Source: Methylococcales bacterium (GTDB lineage Bacteria; Pseudomonadota; Gammaproteobacteria; Methylococcales; Methylomonadaceae). Taken from it: 64,000 nt of DNA. Numbering within the stretch: position 1 is the first letter of the stretch; each line of letters starts with the position of its first letter. The stretch covers positions 28,977 through 92,976 of the forward strand of contig JBEBJQ010000005.1 in the NCBI GenBank assembly GCA_040079795.1, written 5' to 3'. Both the position numbers and the translations under genes were made by a program. Below are positions 17,553 through 28,851 of the stretch, piece by piece. The notes below the pieces were generated by a model. It was not told the origin of the DNA and ran no database searches. It saw nothing but the letters and a program-made list of their open reading frames with translations.

Positions 17553-18554
17553 ATGTCATTTTTTTTTCGGTTAGCGCTACTTGCTTTAATGATATTGAGT
17601 TCTACTCAGCATGCTCTTGCTGCTGAACCTGCAACTGTTATCCCTCAAACTAAAACTGAAGAAACTTTACAATGCACTGGTTTCAGCCCCTACGTTGGCA
17701 AACTGACCCCCGATTTTGGTGCGGCGCCATCCAGGGAATTGATTAATGTATTATTAGATAAATTAATTGCCGAAACCCCTTTTCGGTGCATTATGACTTA
17801 CGGCGTGCTAAGTGGCTTGGAGTATATATTTGCTGCCGCACAGGCACGTAACATTAAGGTGATTGCCATACTTTGGATAGATAAAGACCCGGCGGTTAAT
17901 TCACAATCGATTTCCAGCGGTATTGAGGTCGCGAAAGCCTTCCCGGATACGATTATTAAACTCAGCTGCGGTTCGGAAGTCCGGACCCGCCACGGTTATA
18001 AATTTGATGGTGAAATCAAGCGTTGTATTGATGGCCTGCGGGAAGCAGGGGTTACCCAACCCATTTCCACCATCGATACCTGGTGGGAATGGTGTAACCG
18101 TAAAACGCCGTGCGAGCCAACACTTTTCGGCATCCAGGTAGACTGGATCGGTACCAACATTTTTCCCTGGTGGGAAAATAAATTCTCAGGCGTTTACCCT
18201 TGTACACCGGCAAAAAAAGCCGCTGATTTTCACATCGCCCGGCTTGAAGAGCTGCATCGCACTTATCCTGGAAAATCGGTAGTAATGACTGAATTCGGCT
18301 GGCCCAGCGGGCCTAAAAACACCACAGAAATCAATAACCACACTAAACAGCAGTGTGGCGTCGCTTCTAAACAGAATCAAATTCTGGTAGTACGGGAAAC
18401 TTTTAAAAAACTCGCTAAAAAGCATTGGTCTGGTGTAGCGTTTGAGGCCTTTGCAGAAACCTGGAAACCGGATATAGAAGGCGGTGCGGGGAGTTTTTGG
18501 GGGCTTTGTGATGGGGAGCCGCCGTATAATTGCCCTAAAAACCTATTGAATTAA
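17553..18554 (+). CDS. secreted glycoside hydrolase family 17-like (beta-1,3-glucanase/transglycosylase type)
   Basis: Signal peptide (ALLALMILSSTQHALA), a TIM-barrel-like layout, and VVMTEFGWPS matching the GH17 nucleophile region (xTExGWPS). Confidence 0.6.
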   Translation: MSFFFRLALLALMILSSTQHALAAEPATVIPQTKTEETLQCTGFSPYVGKLTPDFGAAPSRELINVLLDKLIAETPFRCIMTYGVLSGLEYIFAAAQARNIKVIAILWIDKDPAVNSQSISSGIEVAKAFPDTIIKLSCGSEVRTRHGYKFDGEIKRCIDGLREAGVTQPISTIDTWWEWCNRKTPCEPTLFGIQVDWIGTNIFPWWENKFSGVYPCTPAKKAADFHIARLEELHRTYPGKSVVMTEFGWPSGPKNTTEINNHTKQQCGVASKQNQILVVRETFKKLAKKHWSGVAFEAFAETWKPDIEGGAGSFWGLCDGEPPYNCPKNLLN

Positions 18555-18580
18555 CCCTTAATCAAATACGGTGGGATTGT

Positions 18581-18610
18581 GAGGCGCAATTGATAAGAAA
18601 TTGCGCCCTC
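18581..18610. terminator. hairpin between convergent genes (GH17-like gene and pyrC)
   Basis: GAGGCGCAATT-loop-AATTGCGCCCTC, an ~11-bp stem with one bulge. Confidence 0.45.
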
Positions 18611-18643
18611 AAGCCTACAATCATATGAGTTAAAATGTTCAGT

Positions 18644-19693
18644 TTAGGCTAATTTCCAACGTAACGGCTCGCCCGTCCTTAAGGGCGTAATTTTATTTTC
18701 CGCTTCGCCATAACTTTCCGGCACTGTCCAAGTGTGTTTAGTCAATGTAACCGTTTCAGTATTGCGCGGCAAACCATAAAAATCCGCGCCGTAAAAGCTG
18801 GCAAAACCTTCCAGTTTATCCAAGGCATGATTAGCCTCAAAGATTTCTGTATACAATTCCAATGCAACAGGGGCACTAAAGCAACCGGCGCAGCCACAGG
18901 CATTTTCTTTTAAGCCCGTCAGATGCGGTGCACTGTCTGTGCCTAAGAAAAATTTTGGATTACCGCTAATTGCAGCTTTTACTAATGCCAGGCGATGCTG
19001 TTCCCGTTTCAAAATAGGTAGGCAATAATAATGTGGCCTTATACCGCCCATTAACATGGCATTACGATTATAGAGTAAGTGTTGTGGGGTAATGGTGGCG
19101 GCAATTTTATCGCTACTGCTTTCTACAAATTGCACGGCTGTTTCGGTGGTAAGGTGTTCCAATACAACACGCAAAGCCGGAAACTCCTGCACGATGGCGC
19201 TGAGGTGAGTTTCAATAAATACCCGTTCCCGATCAAAAATATCGCAGTCAGCGCCGGTTACTTCACCATGTACCAGTAACGGCACAGCGTAAGTTTGCAT
19301 AGCCTCCAGTATCGGATAAATTGCCTGTAAATGGGCAACGCCAGCGTCGGAATTGGTCGTTGCTCCGGCTGGATAAAGTTTAAATGCGACAACATACGGG
19401 TTTTCACTGGCTTGTTTAACATCTTCCAGGGTGGTGCTGCCTGTTAAATACAAAGTCATTAACGGCGTAAAACTAAGCCCTTCAGGTAGCGCCTGTAAAA
19501 TTTCTGTACGATACAACAAAGCTTCGGCAACAGTCGCTACCGGCGGCTTTAGATTGGGCATAATGACCGCGCGCGCAAACTGTCTGGCGGTATGTGGCAG
19601 TACAATTTTTAAGAGCGCACCATTTCTAACATGCAAATGCCAGTCATCGGGTCGGGTAATGGTTAATTTTTCCATGTTGATTGGTGTTTTCAA
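18644..19693 (-). CDS. pyrC: dihydroorotase, homodimeric type
   Basis: TITRPDDWHLHVRNG...AFKLYPAGATTNS...LGTDSAPH. An alternative start lies at the ATG 18 nt downstream (MEKLTI). Confidence 0.92.
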   Translation of the reverse strand: MKTPINMEKLTITRPDDWHLHVRNGALLKIVLPHTARQFARAVIMPNLKPPVATVAEALLYRTEILQALPEGLSFTPLMTLYLTGSTTLEDVKQASENPYVVAFKLYPAGATTNSDAGVAHLQAIYPILEAMQTYAVPLLVHGEVTGADCDIFDRERVFIETHLSAIVQEFPALRVVLEHLTTETAVQFVESSSDKIAATITPQHLLYNRNAMLMGGIRPHYYCLPILKREQHRLALVKAAISGNPKFFLGTDSAPHLTGLKENACGCAGCFSAPVALELYTEIFEANHALDKLEGFASFYGADFYGLPRNTETVTLTKHTWTVPESYGEAENKITPLRTGEPLRWKLA

Positions 19694-19786
19694 TTAAAAT
19701 AAGGAATTATTTTAGCTTAAACGGACTTGAAGTTGGCCTTTCCGTCCTTATTTCAAGCTATATTATTGTTGGTAACGGAGTTATAA

Positions 19787-20050
19787 ATGCCTATTTATGA
19801 ATATCAATGTCAAGCCTGCGGTCATGAGCACGAAGCTTTGCAAAAGCTAAGTGATCCTGCTTTGATTGTTTGCCCCGCCTGTAGCAAAGCTGAGTTAATG
19901 AAAAAAATTTCTGCGGCGGGCTTTCGGTTAAAAGGCAACGGCTGGTATGAAACTGATTTTAAAAGCGGCGCTAAAAAAAATGTCGCAGGTGAGGGTGGTG
20001 CAGCGAAAGCCACTACGTCAGCGCCTGTTGCAGCAAAAACCAGCGATTAA
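19787..20050 (+). CDS. FmdB-family zinc-ribbon protein
   Basis: MPIYEYQCQACGHEHEALQKLSD...CPACS is the CxxC...CxxC zinc ribbon typical of the family. Confidence 0.8.
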   Translation: MPIYEYQCQACGHEHEALQKLSDPALIVCPACSKAELMKKISAAGFRLKGNGWYETDFKSGAKKNVAGEGGAAKATTSAPVAAKTSD

Positions 20051-20110
20051 AACCGTTAGGCTTCATGCCACCTCTCATCCTTAATCCTTTAGCTTAATAG
20101 AGAACACACT

Positions 20111-21901
20111 ATGCGTACCCACAAGTGCGGAGCATTAAATACACAACAGTTAGGAACGACCGTAACCATCTGTGGTTGGGTGCATAGACGCCGGGATCAT
20201 GGCGGCGTTATTTTTATTGACCTTCGCGACCGTGCCGGCTTGGTACAGGTAGTGGTTGATCCCGATGTCGCTGAAACCTTTGCTATTGCCGAACACGTCC
20301 GTAGTGAATATGTTTTAAGTATTACCGGTATCGTACGCAATCGCCCGGCAGGTACCATTAATGCCAATATGCACTCTGGTGAAATTGAATTGTTGGCTAA
20401 AAGCATTGAAGTGTTAAATGAATCCGAAACACCGCCATTCCCGGTTGAAAGCGATATCGAAGTCAATGAAGAGCTACGTTTGCGCTACCGTTATATCGAC
20501 TTGCGCCGCGTGGTTATGCAGGAAAAAATGAAGGTACGCCGTGATGTCACGCGGGTATTAAGAAATTTTTTGGATGATAACGAGTTTTTTGAAATTGAAA
20601 CCCCCTATTTAACCAAAGCAACCCCCGAAGGCGCACGCGACTACATCGTACCTAGCCGTACCCACGAAAACAGTTTTTTTGCCTTGCCACAATCACCACA
20701 ACTCTATAAACAAATGCTGATGGTGGCAGGCTTTGACCGCTACTATCAAGTGGTGCGTTGTTTCCGCGATGAGGACTTACGTGCCGACCGGCAACCTGAG
20801 TTTACCCAGCTTGATATAGAAACCTCGTTCATGACTGAAGATGAAATCATGAATGTGATGGAAGAAATGATCCGGCAATTGTTTGCGAAAGTCATTAACG
20901 TAGCATTGGATACCAAATTCCCACGCATGACTTATCAGGAAGCTATTTCACGTTACGGTATTGATCGGCCGGATTTACGTATTCCACTAGAATTAGTGGA
21001 CATTGCCGATGACATGAAAGATGTCGATTTCAAAGTATTTTCAAACCCCGCCAATGATCCAAAAGGTCGCGTAGTCGCCCTGCGCATCCCCAATGGCGGT
21101 GAATTACTCAGCCGGAAAGACATCGAAGATTTGACCAAATTTGTCAGTATTTATGGCGCGAAAGGTTTAGCCTATATTAAAGTCAATGATTTAGGCGCCG
21201 GTATTGATGGCTTACAATCCCCGATTGTCAAATTTGCTGGTGCGGATGTTTGGGCGAGTGTCCTAACAAAAACTGGCGCCCAAACTGGTGATTTGATTTT
21301 CTTCGGTGCGGATAAAGCCAGCGTCGTCAATGAAGCCATGGGGGCGTTACGGGTAAAACTCGGTCATGATTTGAATTTACTGCAAGGCGACTGGAAACCG
21401 GTCTGGGTCGTAGACTTCCCGATGTTTGATTGGGATGAAAAAAGCGGCCGCTACAACGCCATTCATCATCCTTTCACTGCACCCAGTTGCTCAGTGGAGG
21501 ATCTGGTTAGCAACCCCGGTGCTGCTTTATCACGCGCTTATGACTTGGTGCTGAATGGTACTGAAGTCGGCGGTGGTTCAATCCGTATCAACCGCACCTC
21601 CATGCAGCAAACCGTGTTTAATATTTTAGGTATCGGTGAAGACGAAGCCCGTGAAAAATTTGGCTTCCTGCTGGATGCTTTAAAATATGGTGCGCCTCCG
21701 CATGGTGGCTTGGCATTCGGCTTGGATCGTCTGGTGATGTTAATGACTGGTTCTACGTCAATCAGGGATGTGATCGCGTTCCCTAAAACCCAATCTGCGG
21801 CCTGTCCTTTAGTTAACGCCCCTGCGGTCGTAACCGATGAGCAATTAAAAGAACTGGGAATCCGGTTGATTAAACCAGCAGGGAAAGAGAAAGCCAACTA
21901 A
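20111..21901 (+). CDS. aspS: aspartate--tRNA ligase
   Basis: 596 aa with class II motifs ([37 protein letters not shown]). Confidence 0.95.
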   Translation: MRTHKCGALNTQQLGTTVTICGWVHRRRDHGGVIFIDLRDRAGLVQVVVDPDVAETFAIAEHVRSEYVLSITGIVRNRPAGTINANMHSGEIELLAKSIEVLNESETPPFPVESDIEVNEELRLRYRYIDLRRVVMQEKMKVRRDVTRVLRNFLDDNEFFEIETPYLTKATPEGARDYIVPSRTHENSFFALPQSPQLYKQMLMVAGFDRYYQVVRCFRDEDLRADRQPEFTQLDIETSFMTEDEIMNVMEEMIRQLFAKVINVALDTKFPRMTYQEAISRYGIDRPDLRIPLELVDIADDMKDVDFKVFSNPANDPKGRVVALRIPNGGELLSRKDIEDLTKFVSIYGAKGLAYIKVNDLGAGIDGLQSPIVKFAGADVWASVLTKTGAQTGDLIFFGADKASVVNEAMGALRVKLGHDLNLLQGDWKPVWVVDFPMFDWDEKSGRYNAIHHPFTAPSCSVEDLVSNPGAALSRAYDLVLNGTEVGGGSIRINRTSMQQTVFNILGIGEDEAREKFGFLLDALKYGAPPHGGLAFGLDRLVMLMTGSTSIRDVIAFPKTQSAACPLVNAPAVVTDEQLKELGIRLIKPAGKEKAN

Positions 21902-21911
21902 ACTCAGTTTT

Positions 21912-21935
21912 GTAGGGGCGTGCAATCGCCCCTAC
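21912..21935 (+). terminator. GC-rich hairpin after aspS (terminator or REP-like palindrome)
   Basis: GTAGGGGCG-tgcaat-CGCCCCTAC, a 9-bp stem. The T-tract after it is weak (attggtttat). Confidence 0.4.
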
Positions 21936-21966
21936 ATTGGTTTATAGCGACAACAGGAAAACATAT

Positions 21967-22259
21967 AACCGGAGAGTCGCTCATTTTTGCTAAAGATTTT
22001 TTCGGGCATCCTGCTTGAAAAAATCTGCAAAAACTTAACGCGACGGTTTATTTTGCTGCGCAAGCCCCGATTCGTCCTGCGTCCGCCCGCTCCGACCCGG
22101 CAAGGGGATCGTCGCATAGCTCCCACAATGACTTGACGGCTATTCGGGAAGCCTCTGTATTTCGCCTGTGCTTACGCTTCGGCTCAACACCCGGCCCTGC
22201 GCCTATCGGGGACTAAAAATCTTCACTTCTCTACCGCTCCGCTTCCAAGATTTTCAGCG
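21967..22259 (-). repeat. 293-bp structured repeat, copy B
   Basis: Identical to 12410-12702 but with unrelated flanks. It lies between the convergent genes aspS and cysM. Confidence 0.9.
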
Positions 22260-22283
22260 GCTGTTTCGTTGCTAATTACTGTT

Positions 22284-23174
22284 TTATTGAGAAAACAACC
22301 CAGTCGATAAATAACGGTCGCCGCGATCACAGACAATTGCCACAATGACCGCATTTGAAACTGTTGCTGACAATTTTAAGGCAGCGAACACGCTGCCCCC
22401 TGAAGATACCCCTGCAAAAATACCCTCTTCCCTAGCTAACGCGCGGGTGGTATTTTCGGCTGATTGTTGGTCGACATCGATAATCTGATCAACGCGCGCG
22501 GCCTCATAAATTTTAGGCAGATATTCTTTAGGCCAACGCCGAATACCGGGGATTTTGGAATCGCCTTCAGGTTGCACCCCAACAATCTGAATGGCTGGGT
22601 TCTGCTCCTTCAAAAACTTTGAAGTTCCCATGATGGTACCGGTGGTGCCCATCGAACTGACAAAATGGGTAATTTTACCTTCAGTATCTCGCCAAATTTC
22701 AGGGCCGGTACCTTCATAGTGCGCGCGTGGATTATCGGGGTTGGCAAACTGATCCAGAATGCGTCCGTAACCGTCTTGCTCCATTTTGCGTGCCAAATCA
22801 ATCGCAGCTTCCATACTACCCGCCGCCGGGGTCAAGATGATTTCAGCGCCGTAAGCTTGCATAGAATCGCGACGCTCCGCACTCATATTATCCGGCATGA
22901 TTAAAGTCATTTTATAGCCTTTAATCGCAGCAGCCATCGCCAAGGCAATACCGGTATTACCGCTAGTCGCTTCAATCAGCCTATCACCTGGCTTAATTTC
23001 ACCACGCGCCTCAGCGTGTTTGATCATACTCAAGGCGGGACGGTCTTTAACCGATCCCGCCGGATTATTACCTTCCAGTTTCACTAATATGATATTACCT
23101 GTATCGCCCGGCAATCTTTGTAAACGAACTAACGGGGTATTACCCACGAAATTTTCAACGGTTGGAAAGGTCAT
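22284..23174 (-). CDS. cysM: cysteine synthase B
   Basis: GNTPLVRLQRL...LEGNNPAGSVKDRPALSMI...EATSGNTGIALAM is close to E. coli CysM as I remember it. Confidence 0.88.
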   Translation of the reverse strand: MTFPTVENFVGNTPLVRLQRLPGDTGNIILVKLEGNNPAGSVKDRPALSMIKHAEARGEIKPGDRLIEATSGNTGIALAMAAAIKGYKMTLIMPDNMSAERRDSMQAYGAEIILTPAAGSMEAAIDLARKMEQDGYGRILDQFANPDNPRAHYEGTGPEIWRDTEGKITHFVSSMGTTGTIMGTSKFLKEQNPAIQIVGVQPEGDSKIPGIRRWPKEYLPKIYEAARVDQIIDVDQQSAENTTRALAREEGIFAGVSSGGSVFAALKLSATVSNAVIVAIVCDRGDRYLSTGLFSQ

Positions 23175-23266
23175 GATGATAATTTTGTAGCGATAATAAA
23201 GCGCTATTATCCCACAGAAATAAACGCTTCTCTGTAAAGGAAATACAAGAATTTTAAGGTGATACC

Positions 23267-26200
23267 TTACCGGTATTTTATTTCAATCGCTTCTTTACCC
23301 AGCCAGCGGCGCAAACGGATGAGTAATTCATCTTGAGGGCGCACACGCCATTGGTCACCTAATTGTAAAGAGGCTTTTGCAACTGGCATTTGATAATGCA
23401 GTTGAATCGGGCAGTTGCCGTTTTGATACGGTTGCAAAACTTCCCGTAAGCGCAGTATAAATTCATCAATGGACACGCCTTCTGGCCAAGCCAGGAGGAT
23501 TGCCCTGGCAAAACCTTCCCGTGCTTGCTCAATACTGTAAAGCTTTTCAGTGGTCAGTCTTAAAGAATTTGAAAAATCATCAACACTCACCGAACCCTCA
23601 GCGACGATGAGTGAATCTTTACTTAAAATATCCCGGTATTTTTCATAGGTGTCTCCAAACGCGGCGACTTCAATCCGGCCAGTGCGGTCATCCAAAGTCG
23701 CAAAGCCCATGTTTTTGCCACCTTTAGTTTGACGCGTGCGCATTTCCACTACTAAACCCGCAATTCGTGCAGATTGTTTATTTTTGCTGCGTTCTGCATC
23801 CGCGATCAAATTGGCGATACAGCCATTGGTGATAAATTTTAATTCAGGCTCATATTGGTCAATCGGATGACCGGTTAAATATAAACCCAGTACCAGTTTT
23901 TCAGCATTTAAACGCTCGATATCTGACCACGGTTCAATGTTTTGTAACGTATCAAAAGTATCCAGCTGAGTATTGGAAGCCTCACTGGCCTCTAATCCAA
24001 ACAAATCGCTTTGTCCGGTTTCTGCCATTTTGCCGTGTTGTTCAGCGATTTTTAAAACCGTAGGTAACTCAGCCAACAATGCCGCACGATTGGGATCAAA
24101 ATTATCAAAAGCACCGGCTTTAATTAATGCCTCCAGAACGCGGCGGTTCACTTTCCGTAAATCAACCCGTTTACAAAAATCGCCCAATCCCTTAAAAAGT
24201 CCATTGGTATGACGTTCTTGAATAACATCGTCAATCGCGTTTTCGCCTACGCCTTTAATTGCGCCCATACCATAAATGATCGCGTCTTGTGATGGGCTTA
24301 ACTGCTTGACGGTAAAGCGAAAGTAAGAGCTATTAATATCCGGCGGATTTATCACCAGTTTCATTTGTCGGCATTCTTCAATCAAGATCACGACTTTATC
24401 GGTATTATCCATATCTGAGGACAACACCGCCGCCATAAACGCCGCCGGGTAATGGGTTTTTAACCAGGCTGTTTGATAAGCAACTAACGCGTAGGCCGCA
24501 GAATGCGATTTATTAAAACCGTAACCGGCAAATTTTTCCATTAAATCGAAAGTATAGGTTGCTATTGATTCTTCGATTTGATTAGCAACTGCACCAGTGG
24601 TGAATTTTTCACGTTCTTTCGCCATTTCTTCCGGTTTCTTTTTACCCATCGCACGGCGCAACATATCCGCGCCGCCGAGGGTGTAACCTGCCAACTCTCT
24701 GGCTATTTGCATCACTTGCTCCTGATACAAAATAACGCCGTTGGTCGGTTTCAAGATCGGTATCAATGCCGGATGCGCATACTCTGCTGTCGCACCATGT
24801 TTTACATTGATGTAATCATCCACCATCCCGGATTCTAAGGGGCCTGGGCGGAACAGAGCCACCAGGGCAATAATGTCATCAAAACAATCCGGCTTTAGCT
24901 TCCTTATGAGTTCCTTCATGCCACGGGATTCCAATTGGAATACCGCTGTGGTTTGGCTTTTGGTTAATAAATCGTAAGAAGCTTTATCATCACGGGGAAT
25001 TTGGGTAATATCCAGTGGCTCTTCACCTTCTGCCAAGCGTTTTTTATTAATGGTTTGCAACGCCCAATCAATAATAGTGAGCGTACGCAGACCCAAAAAA
25101 TCGAACTTAACCAAACCGACAGCTTCAACATCGTCCTTATCAAACTGGGTAACTAAATTGCCGCCGCCTTGCTCGCAATACAAAGGCGTAAAATCGGTAA
25201 GCTTGGTCGGCGAGATAACCACCCCGCCTGCGTGTTTGCCAGCATTCCTTATCGTGCCTTCCAAGGATAACGCCATGTTAATCAGTGTCTTAACTTCCTC
25301 ATCAGACTCGTAGCGCTGCTTTAATTCCGGGCTGTCTTTTAATGCTTTATCCAGGGTCATGCCAATTTCAAACGGCACCAGTTTCGATAAACCATCTACA
25401 AAACCATAGCCAAAGCCTAAAACCCTGCCGACATCGCGAATAACCGCTTTGGCAGCCATCGAACCATAAGTAATAATTTGCGATACATGATCACGGCCAT
25501 AATGATCGGCGACATAAGCAATGACTTCATCGCGTCTGTCCATACAAAAATCCACGTCGAAATCCGGCATAGAAACCCGTTCAGGATTTAAGAATCGCTC
25601 AAACAACAAATCAAATTCAATCGGGTCAAGGTCGGTAATTTTTAACGCATATGCCACCAAAGACCCGGCTCCGGAACCGCGCCCGGGTCCAACCGGGATT
25701 AAGTTATTTTTTGCCCATTGGATGAAATCTGCCACAATCATAAAATAGCCGGGGAAACCCATTTGGATGATTACATCCAGTTCAATTTGTAAGCGTTCAT
25801 CATAGGCGCGACGATTATCTTCCGGTGAACCTTTACCAACTGCTGGATAATGTTTTAGGCGTTCTTCTAAGCCTTCCCTAGATGCCTGAGTAAAAAATTC
25901 CGCCAGCGTCATCCCAGAAGGTACAGGAAAATCTGGTAGGTAATTTTCGCCTAAAGTTAATTCGATGTTACAACGTTTAGCAATTTCAACAGTGTTGGTA
26001 ATAGCCTCAGGAATATCTGCAAACAATGCTTGCATCTCCGCAGAAGTCCGTAAATATTGCTGATTGGTATAGTCTTTGGGACGACGGGTATCATCCAATA
26101 CTCGTCCTTGATTGATGCACACCCGCACTTCATGGGCTTCAAAATCAGCGCTATCCATGAACCGCACATCATTGGTTGCGACCACCGGCAAATCCAATTC

Positions 26201-26767
26201 TACCGCTAATTGCACGGCAGCATTTACATACCGGTTTTCATCATTTTTGCCGACACGCTGCAATTCAATATAATAACTATCGGGAAAAAGCGCCGCCCAC
26301 TTACGTGCCTGTTGTTTGGCCAAAGGGATTTTTTCAGCCAATAAAGCGCGTCCCACATCGCCTTCCATAGCCCCTGATAACGCAATCAAACCAGTATGAT
26401 TATTAATCAACCAATCTACTTGTAACATGGGAATACCCTGATGCTGTCCTTCCTGATATGCTCTGGAAATCAACTCAGTCAGCGTAACATAGCCAACTTT
26501 ATTTTTAACCAATAAGGTTAAGCGGAAAGGATTGCCTGGTTCATCCGGGTTAAACAGCCAAACATCAGCTCCCGCTATGGGTTTGATGCCAGAAGAAAGT
26601 GCGGCACGGTAAAATTTAACTAAAGAAAATAGATTGGCATTTTCAGTAATGGCAACGGCGGGTGACCCTTGCGCGAGCAATTTTTTTACAAGCGGTTTGA
26701 TTTTTATAATACCGTCTACTAACGAGAATTCGCTATGTAAACGAAGGTGAACGAAATCTGGCTGCAT
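23267..26767 (-). CDS. dnaE: DNA polymerase III alpha subunit
   Basis: 1166 aa with an N-terminal PHP domain (FVHLRLHSEFSLVDG) and the palm motif PDFDVDFC. Confidence 0.97.
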   Translation of the reverse strand: MQPDFVHLRLHSEFSLVDGIIKIKPLVKKLLAQGSPAVAITENANLFSLVKFYRAALSSGIKPIAGADVWLFNPDEPGNPFRLTLLVKNKVGYVTLTELISRAYQEGQHQGIPMLQVDWLINNHTGLIALSGAMEGDVGRALLAEKIPLAKQQARKWAALFPDSYYIELQRVGKNDENRYVNAAVQLAVELDLPVVATNDVRFMDSADFEAHEVRVCINQGRVLDDTRRPKDYTNQQYLRTSAEMQALFADIPEAITNTVEIAKRCNIELTLGENYLPDFPVPSGMTLAEFFTQASREGLEERLKHYPAVGKGSPEDNRRAYDERLQIELDVIIQMGFPGYFMIVADFIQWAKNNLIPVGPGRGSGAGSLVAYALKITDLDPIEFDLLFERFLNPERVSMPDFDVDFCMDRRDEVIAYVADHYGRDHVSQIITYGSMAAKAVIRDVGRVLGFGYGFVDGLSKLVPFEIGMTLDKALKDSPELKQRYESDEEVKTLINMALSLEGTIRNAGKHAGGVVISPTKLTDFTPLYCEQGGGNLVTQFDKDDVEAVGLVKFDFLGLRTLTIIDWALQTINKKRLAEGEEPLDITQIPRDDKASYDLLTKSQTTAVFQLESRGMKELIRKLKPDCFDDIIALVALFRPGPLESGMVDDYINVKHGATAEYAHPALIPILKPTNGVILYQEQVMQIARELAGYTLGGADMLRRAMGKKKPEEMAKEREKFTTGAVANQIEESIATYTFDLMEKFAGYGFNKSHSAAYALVAYQTAWLKTHYPAAFMAAVLSSDMDNTDKVVILIEECRQMKLVINPPDINSSYFRFTVKQLSPSQDAIIYGMGAIKGVGENAIDDVIQERHTNGLFKGLGDFCKRVDLRKVNRRVLEALIKAGAFDNFDPNRAALLAELPTVLKIAEQHGKMAETGQSDLFGLEASEASNTQLDTFDTLQNIEPWSDIERLNAEKLVLGLYLTGHPIDQYEPELKFITNGCIANLIADAERSKNKQSARIAGLVVEMRTRQTKGGKNMGFATLDDRTGRIEVAAFGDTYEKYRDILSKDSLIVAEGSVSVDDFSNSLRLTTEKLYSIEQAREGFARAILLAWPEGVSIDEFILRLREVLQPYQNGNCPIQLHYQMPVAKASLQLGDQWRVRPQDELLIRLRRWLGKEAIEIKYR

Positions 26768-27062
26768 AAGTTATCGCAATAATAAATCTGATTTATACGG
26801 GAAATCTCGTGGCACAATCAAATACCGGCATAACCATTCTAATTGGCTGGCCGGCTCAAAAAATTTTAACAATACTTTGCGTTATTGCTGCAATAGGGGA
26901 AAACAGTGGAATACCGAAATCCTTGGGCACGGCAGTATGACCCGCAATTTTTCGATCATGCCCGGTATCAGTGTAATAGCGAGTTCGATGGACAAGCCAA
27001 TGATTGTCACGAGTTAACGCATACCCTTTTAGCAGGAACACTTAAAAATGAGTAGTTATCGT

Positions 27063-27635
27063 TTAAGTACAATAGGGTTTTATTGGGGCAAAAGAGCGCC
27101 GGTGTAGGGGTGTGATGCCCAATAGTTGAATTTTTTGTAGATGTAAAGCAGTAGGGTAACCTTTATGTTGTGCGAATTCGTAATCCGGATAAAGCGCGTG
27201 CAAAAACGCCATCTCACTATCACGTGCCACTTTAGCCAAAATAGAAGCTGCCGAAATTGCTGGAATTAACAAATCGCCTTTAACAATAGTTTCACAAGGA
27301 TCATTGATTGGCGGTTTTTGATTACCATCGACTAGAATGCAATCCGGCTTAACGGTCAGCATCTTGAAGGCTCGACTCATCGCTAACAATGAAGCTTGTA
27401 AAATATTGATCCGATCAATCTCACTCGGCTCGCTACGCCCAATCGCCCAACTTAAGGCATTTTGTTTAATTATCGCAGCTAATGCGGCACGTTGTTTGGG
27501 TGATAATTTTTTAGAATCGGTTAAACCCAAGATGGGTTTAGCTGGATCAAGGATAACAGCTGCTGCAAATACTGCGCCTGCAAGACATCCACGTCCCACT
27601 TCGTCAATACCTGCAATTAACTCTGGCGCTACTAT
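27063..27635 (-). CDS. rnhB: ribonuclease HII (start codon uncertain, non-canonical)
   Basis: The ORF track starts at the GTG in ..[10 protein letters not shown]. The catalytic DE of the GIDEVGRG motif lies upstream of that GTG. The frame is open only 11 codons further upstream ([16 protein letters not shown]) and contains no ATG/GTG/TTG. The 27635 end is the ATA that overlaps the lpxA stop (ATAG). Confidence 0.8.
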   Translation of the reverse strand: MVAPELIAGIDEVGRGCLAGAVFAAAVILDPAKPILGLTDSKKLSPKQRAALAAIIKQNALSWAIGRSEPSEIDRINILQASLLAMSRAFKMLTVKPDCILVDGNQKPPINDPCETIVKGDLLIPAISAASILAKVARDSEMAFLHALYPDYEFAQHKGYPTALHLQKIQLLGITPLHRRSFAPIKPYCT

Positions 27636-28402
27636 CGGAGTATACCTCTAGTGACATTGCGCAAAAAACTAACCATAATCGATAATTCTGTACATTCACC
27701 CGCGATGTCTTCCATCTCTTCAATAGCATCTTCCAGACGCGCATTGGTTTTATATAAAATCTTATAGGACTTTCTAATTAATCTAATTGCTTCTGGGGAA
27801 ATACCGTTGCGTTCCATACCCACAGAATTAATGCCATGTGGCCGGGTAGGGCTGCCACCTACCATCACAAAAGGTGGGATGTCTTGCGTAATCGCGCTAC
27901 CCATTGCTGAAAAACTGAATTGGCCAATTTGGGTAAATTGATGCACTAAGGTAAAGCCACCCAAAATCGCATGATTGCCTAAATGTACATGACCGGCTAA
28001 GGATGCGCCGTTGGCCATAATCACATGATTACCAACCACGCAATCATGCGCAACGTGTGTATAGGCCATAAACAAATTATCGTTGCCAATTTGGGTCAGC
28101 GAGCGGTCTTGCTTGGTACCCCGATGCATGGTGGTAAATTCACGGATGATATTCCGGTCACCAATCTCCAGGCGCGTGACCTCAGCAGCATATTTTTTAT
28201 CCTGGGGATCTTCGCCAATGGAAGCAAACTGATATATACGGTTGTCTTTACCGATAGCAATAGGTCCTTTTATGACTACATGTGAACCAATAACAGTGCC
28301 TGAGCCAATTTTGACGTGCGGACCAATCACCGAAAAAGGGCCGATAACCACGTCATCAGCTACTTCAGCACGTTTATCAACAACTGCTTTCGCGTCAATC
28401 AA
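27632..28402 (-). CDS. lpxA: UDP-N-acetylglucosamine O-acyltransferase
   Basis: Hexapeptide-repeat protein starting (M)[26 protein letters not shown]. The chosen TTG at 28402 overlaps the fabZ stop (TTGA). Confidence 0.9.
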   Translation of the reverse strand: MIDAKAVVDKRAEVADDVVIGPFSVIGPHVKIGSGTVIGSHVVIKGPIAIGKDNRIYQFASIGEDPQDKKYAAEVTRLEIGDRNIIREFTTMHRGTKQDRSLTQIGNDNLFMAYTHVAHDCVVGNHVIMANGASLAGHVHLGNHAILGGFTLVHQFTQIGQFSFSAMGSAITQDIPPFVMVGGSPTRPHGINSVGMERNGISPEAIRLIRKSYKILYKTNARLEDAIEEMEDIAGECTELSIMVSFLRNVTRGILR

Positions 28403-28851
28403 GATTCTTCTACCGCAGCCGCACAACGAATATTAGCACTGGCAACAAACTCACCATCAACTTCAGCACGACAATCAAATGCCCAAATATTTTGCCGGGT
28501 TTTCACAAAGGTTGCTTCCAGCATCAATTGATCACCGGGGACAACAGGCCGTTTAAACTTAGCCTTATCAATGCCAACCAGATAATAGATCATGCCCTTA
28601 CCGAGCACATCTGGAGCGGTCTCAGATGCCAATAAACCAGTTGCCTGAGCTAAAGCTTCTAAAATAAGTACGCCCGGCATAATCGGCTTTTGTGGAAAAT
28701 GCCCCTGAAAGAATGGTTCATTGTAAGTAACATTTTTTAAACCCAATAACCTAACGCCGGGCTCGCATTCAACAACCCGATCAATAAGCAAAAAAGGATA
28801 TCGATGTGGTAAAAAATCTTGAATTTGTAAAATATCTAATTTAATCGACAT
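28399..28851 (-). CDS. fabZ: 3-hydroxyacyl-ACP dehydratase
   Basis: [13 protein letters not shown]...[23 protein letters not shown]. Confidence 0.95.
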   Translation of the reverse strand: MSIKLDILQIQDFLPHRYPFLLIDRVVECEPGVRLLGLKNVTYNEPFFQGHFPQKPIMPGVLILEALAQATGLLASETAPDVLGKGMIYYLVGIDKAKFKRPVVPGDQLMLEATFVKTRQNIWAFDCRAEVDGEFVASANIRCAAAVEES

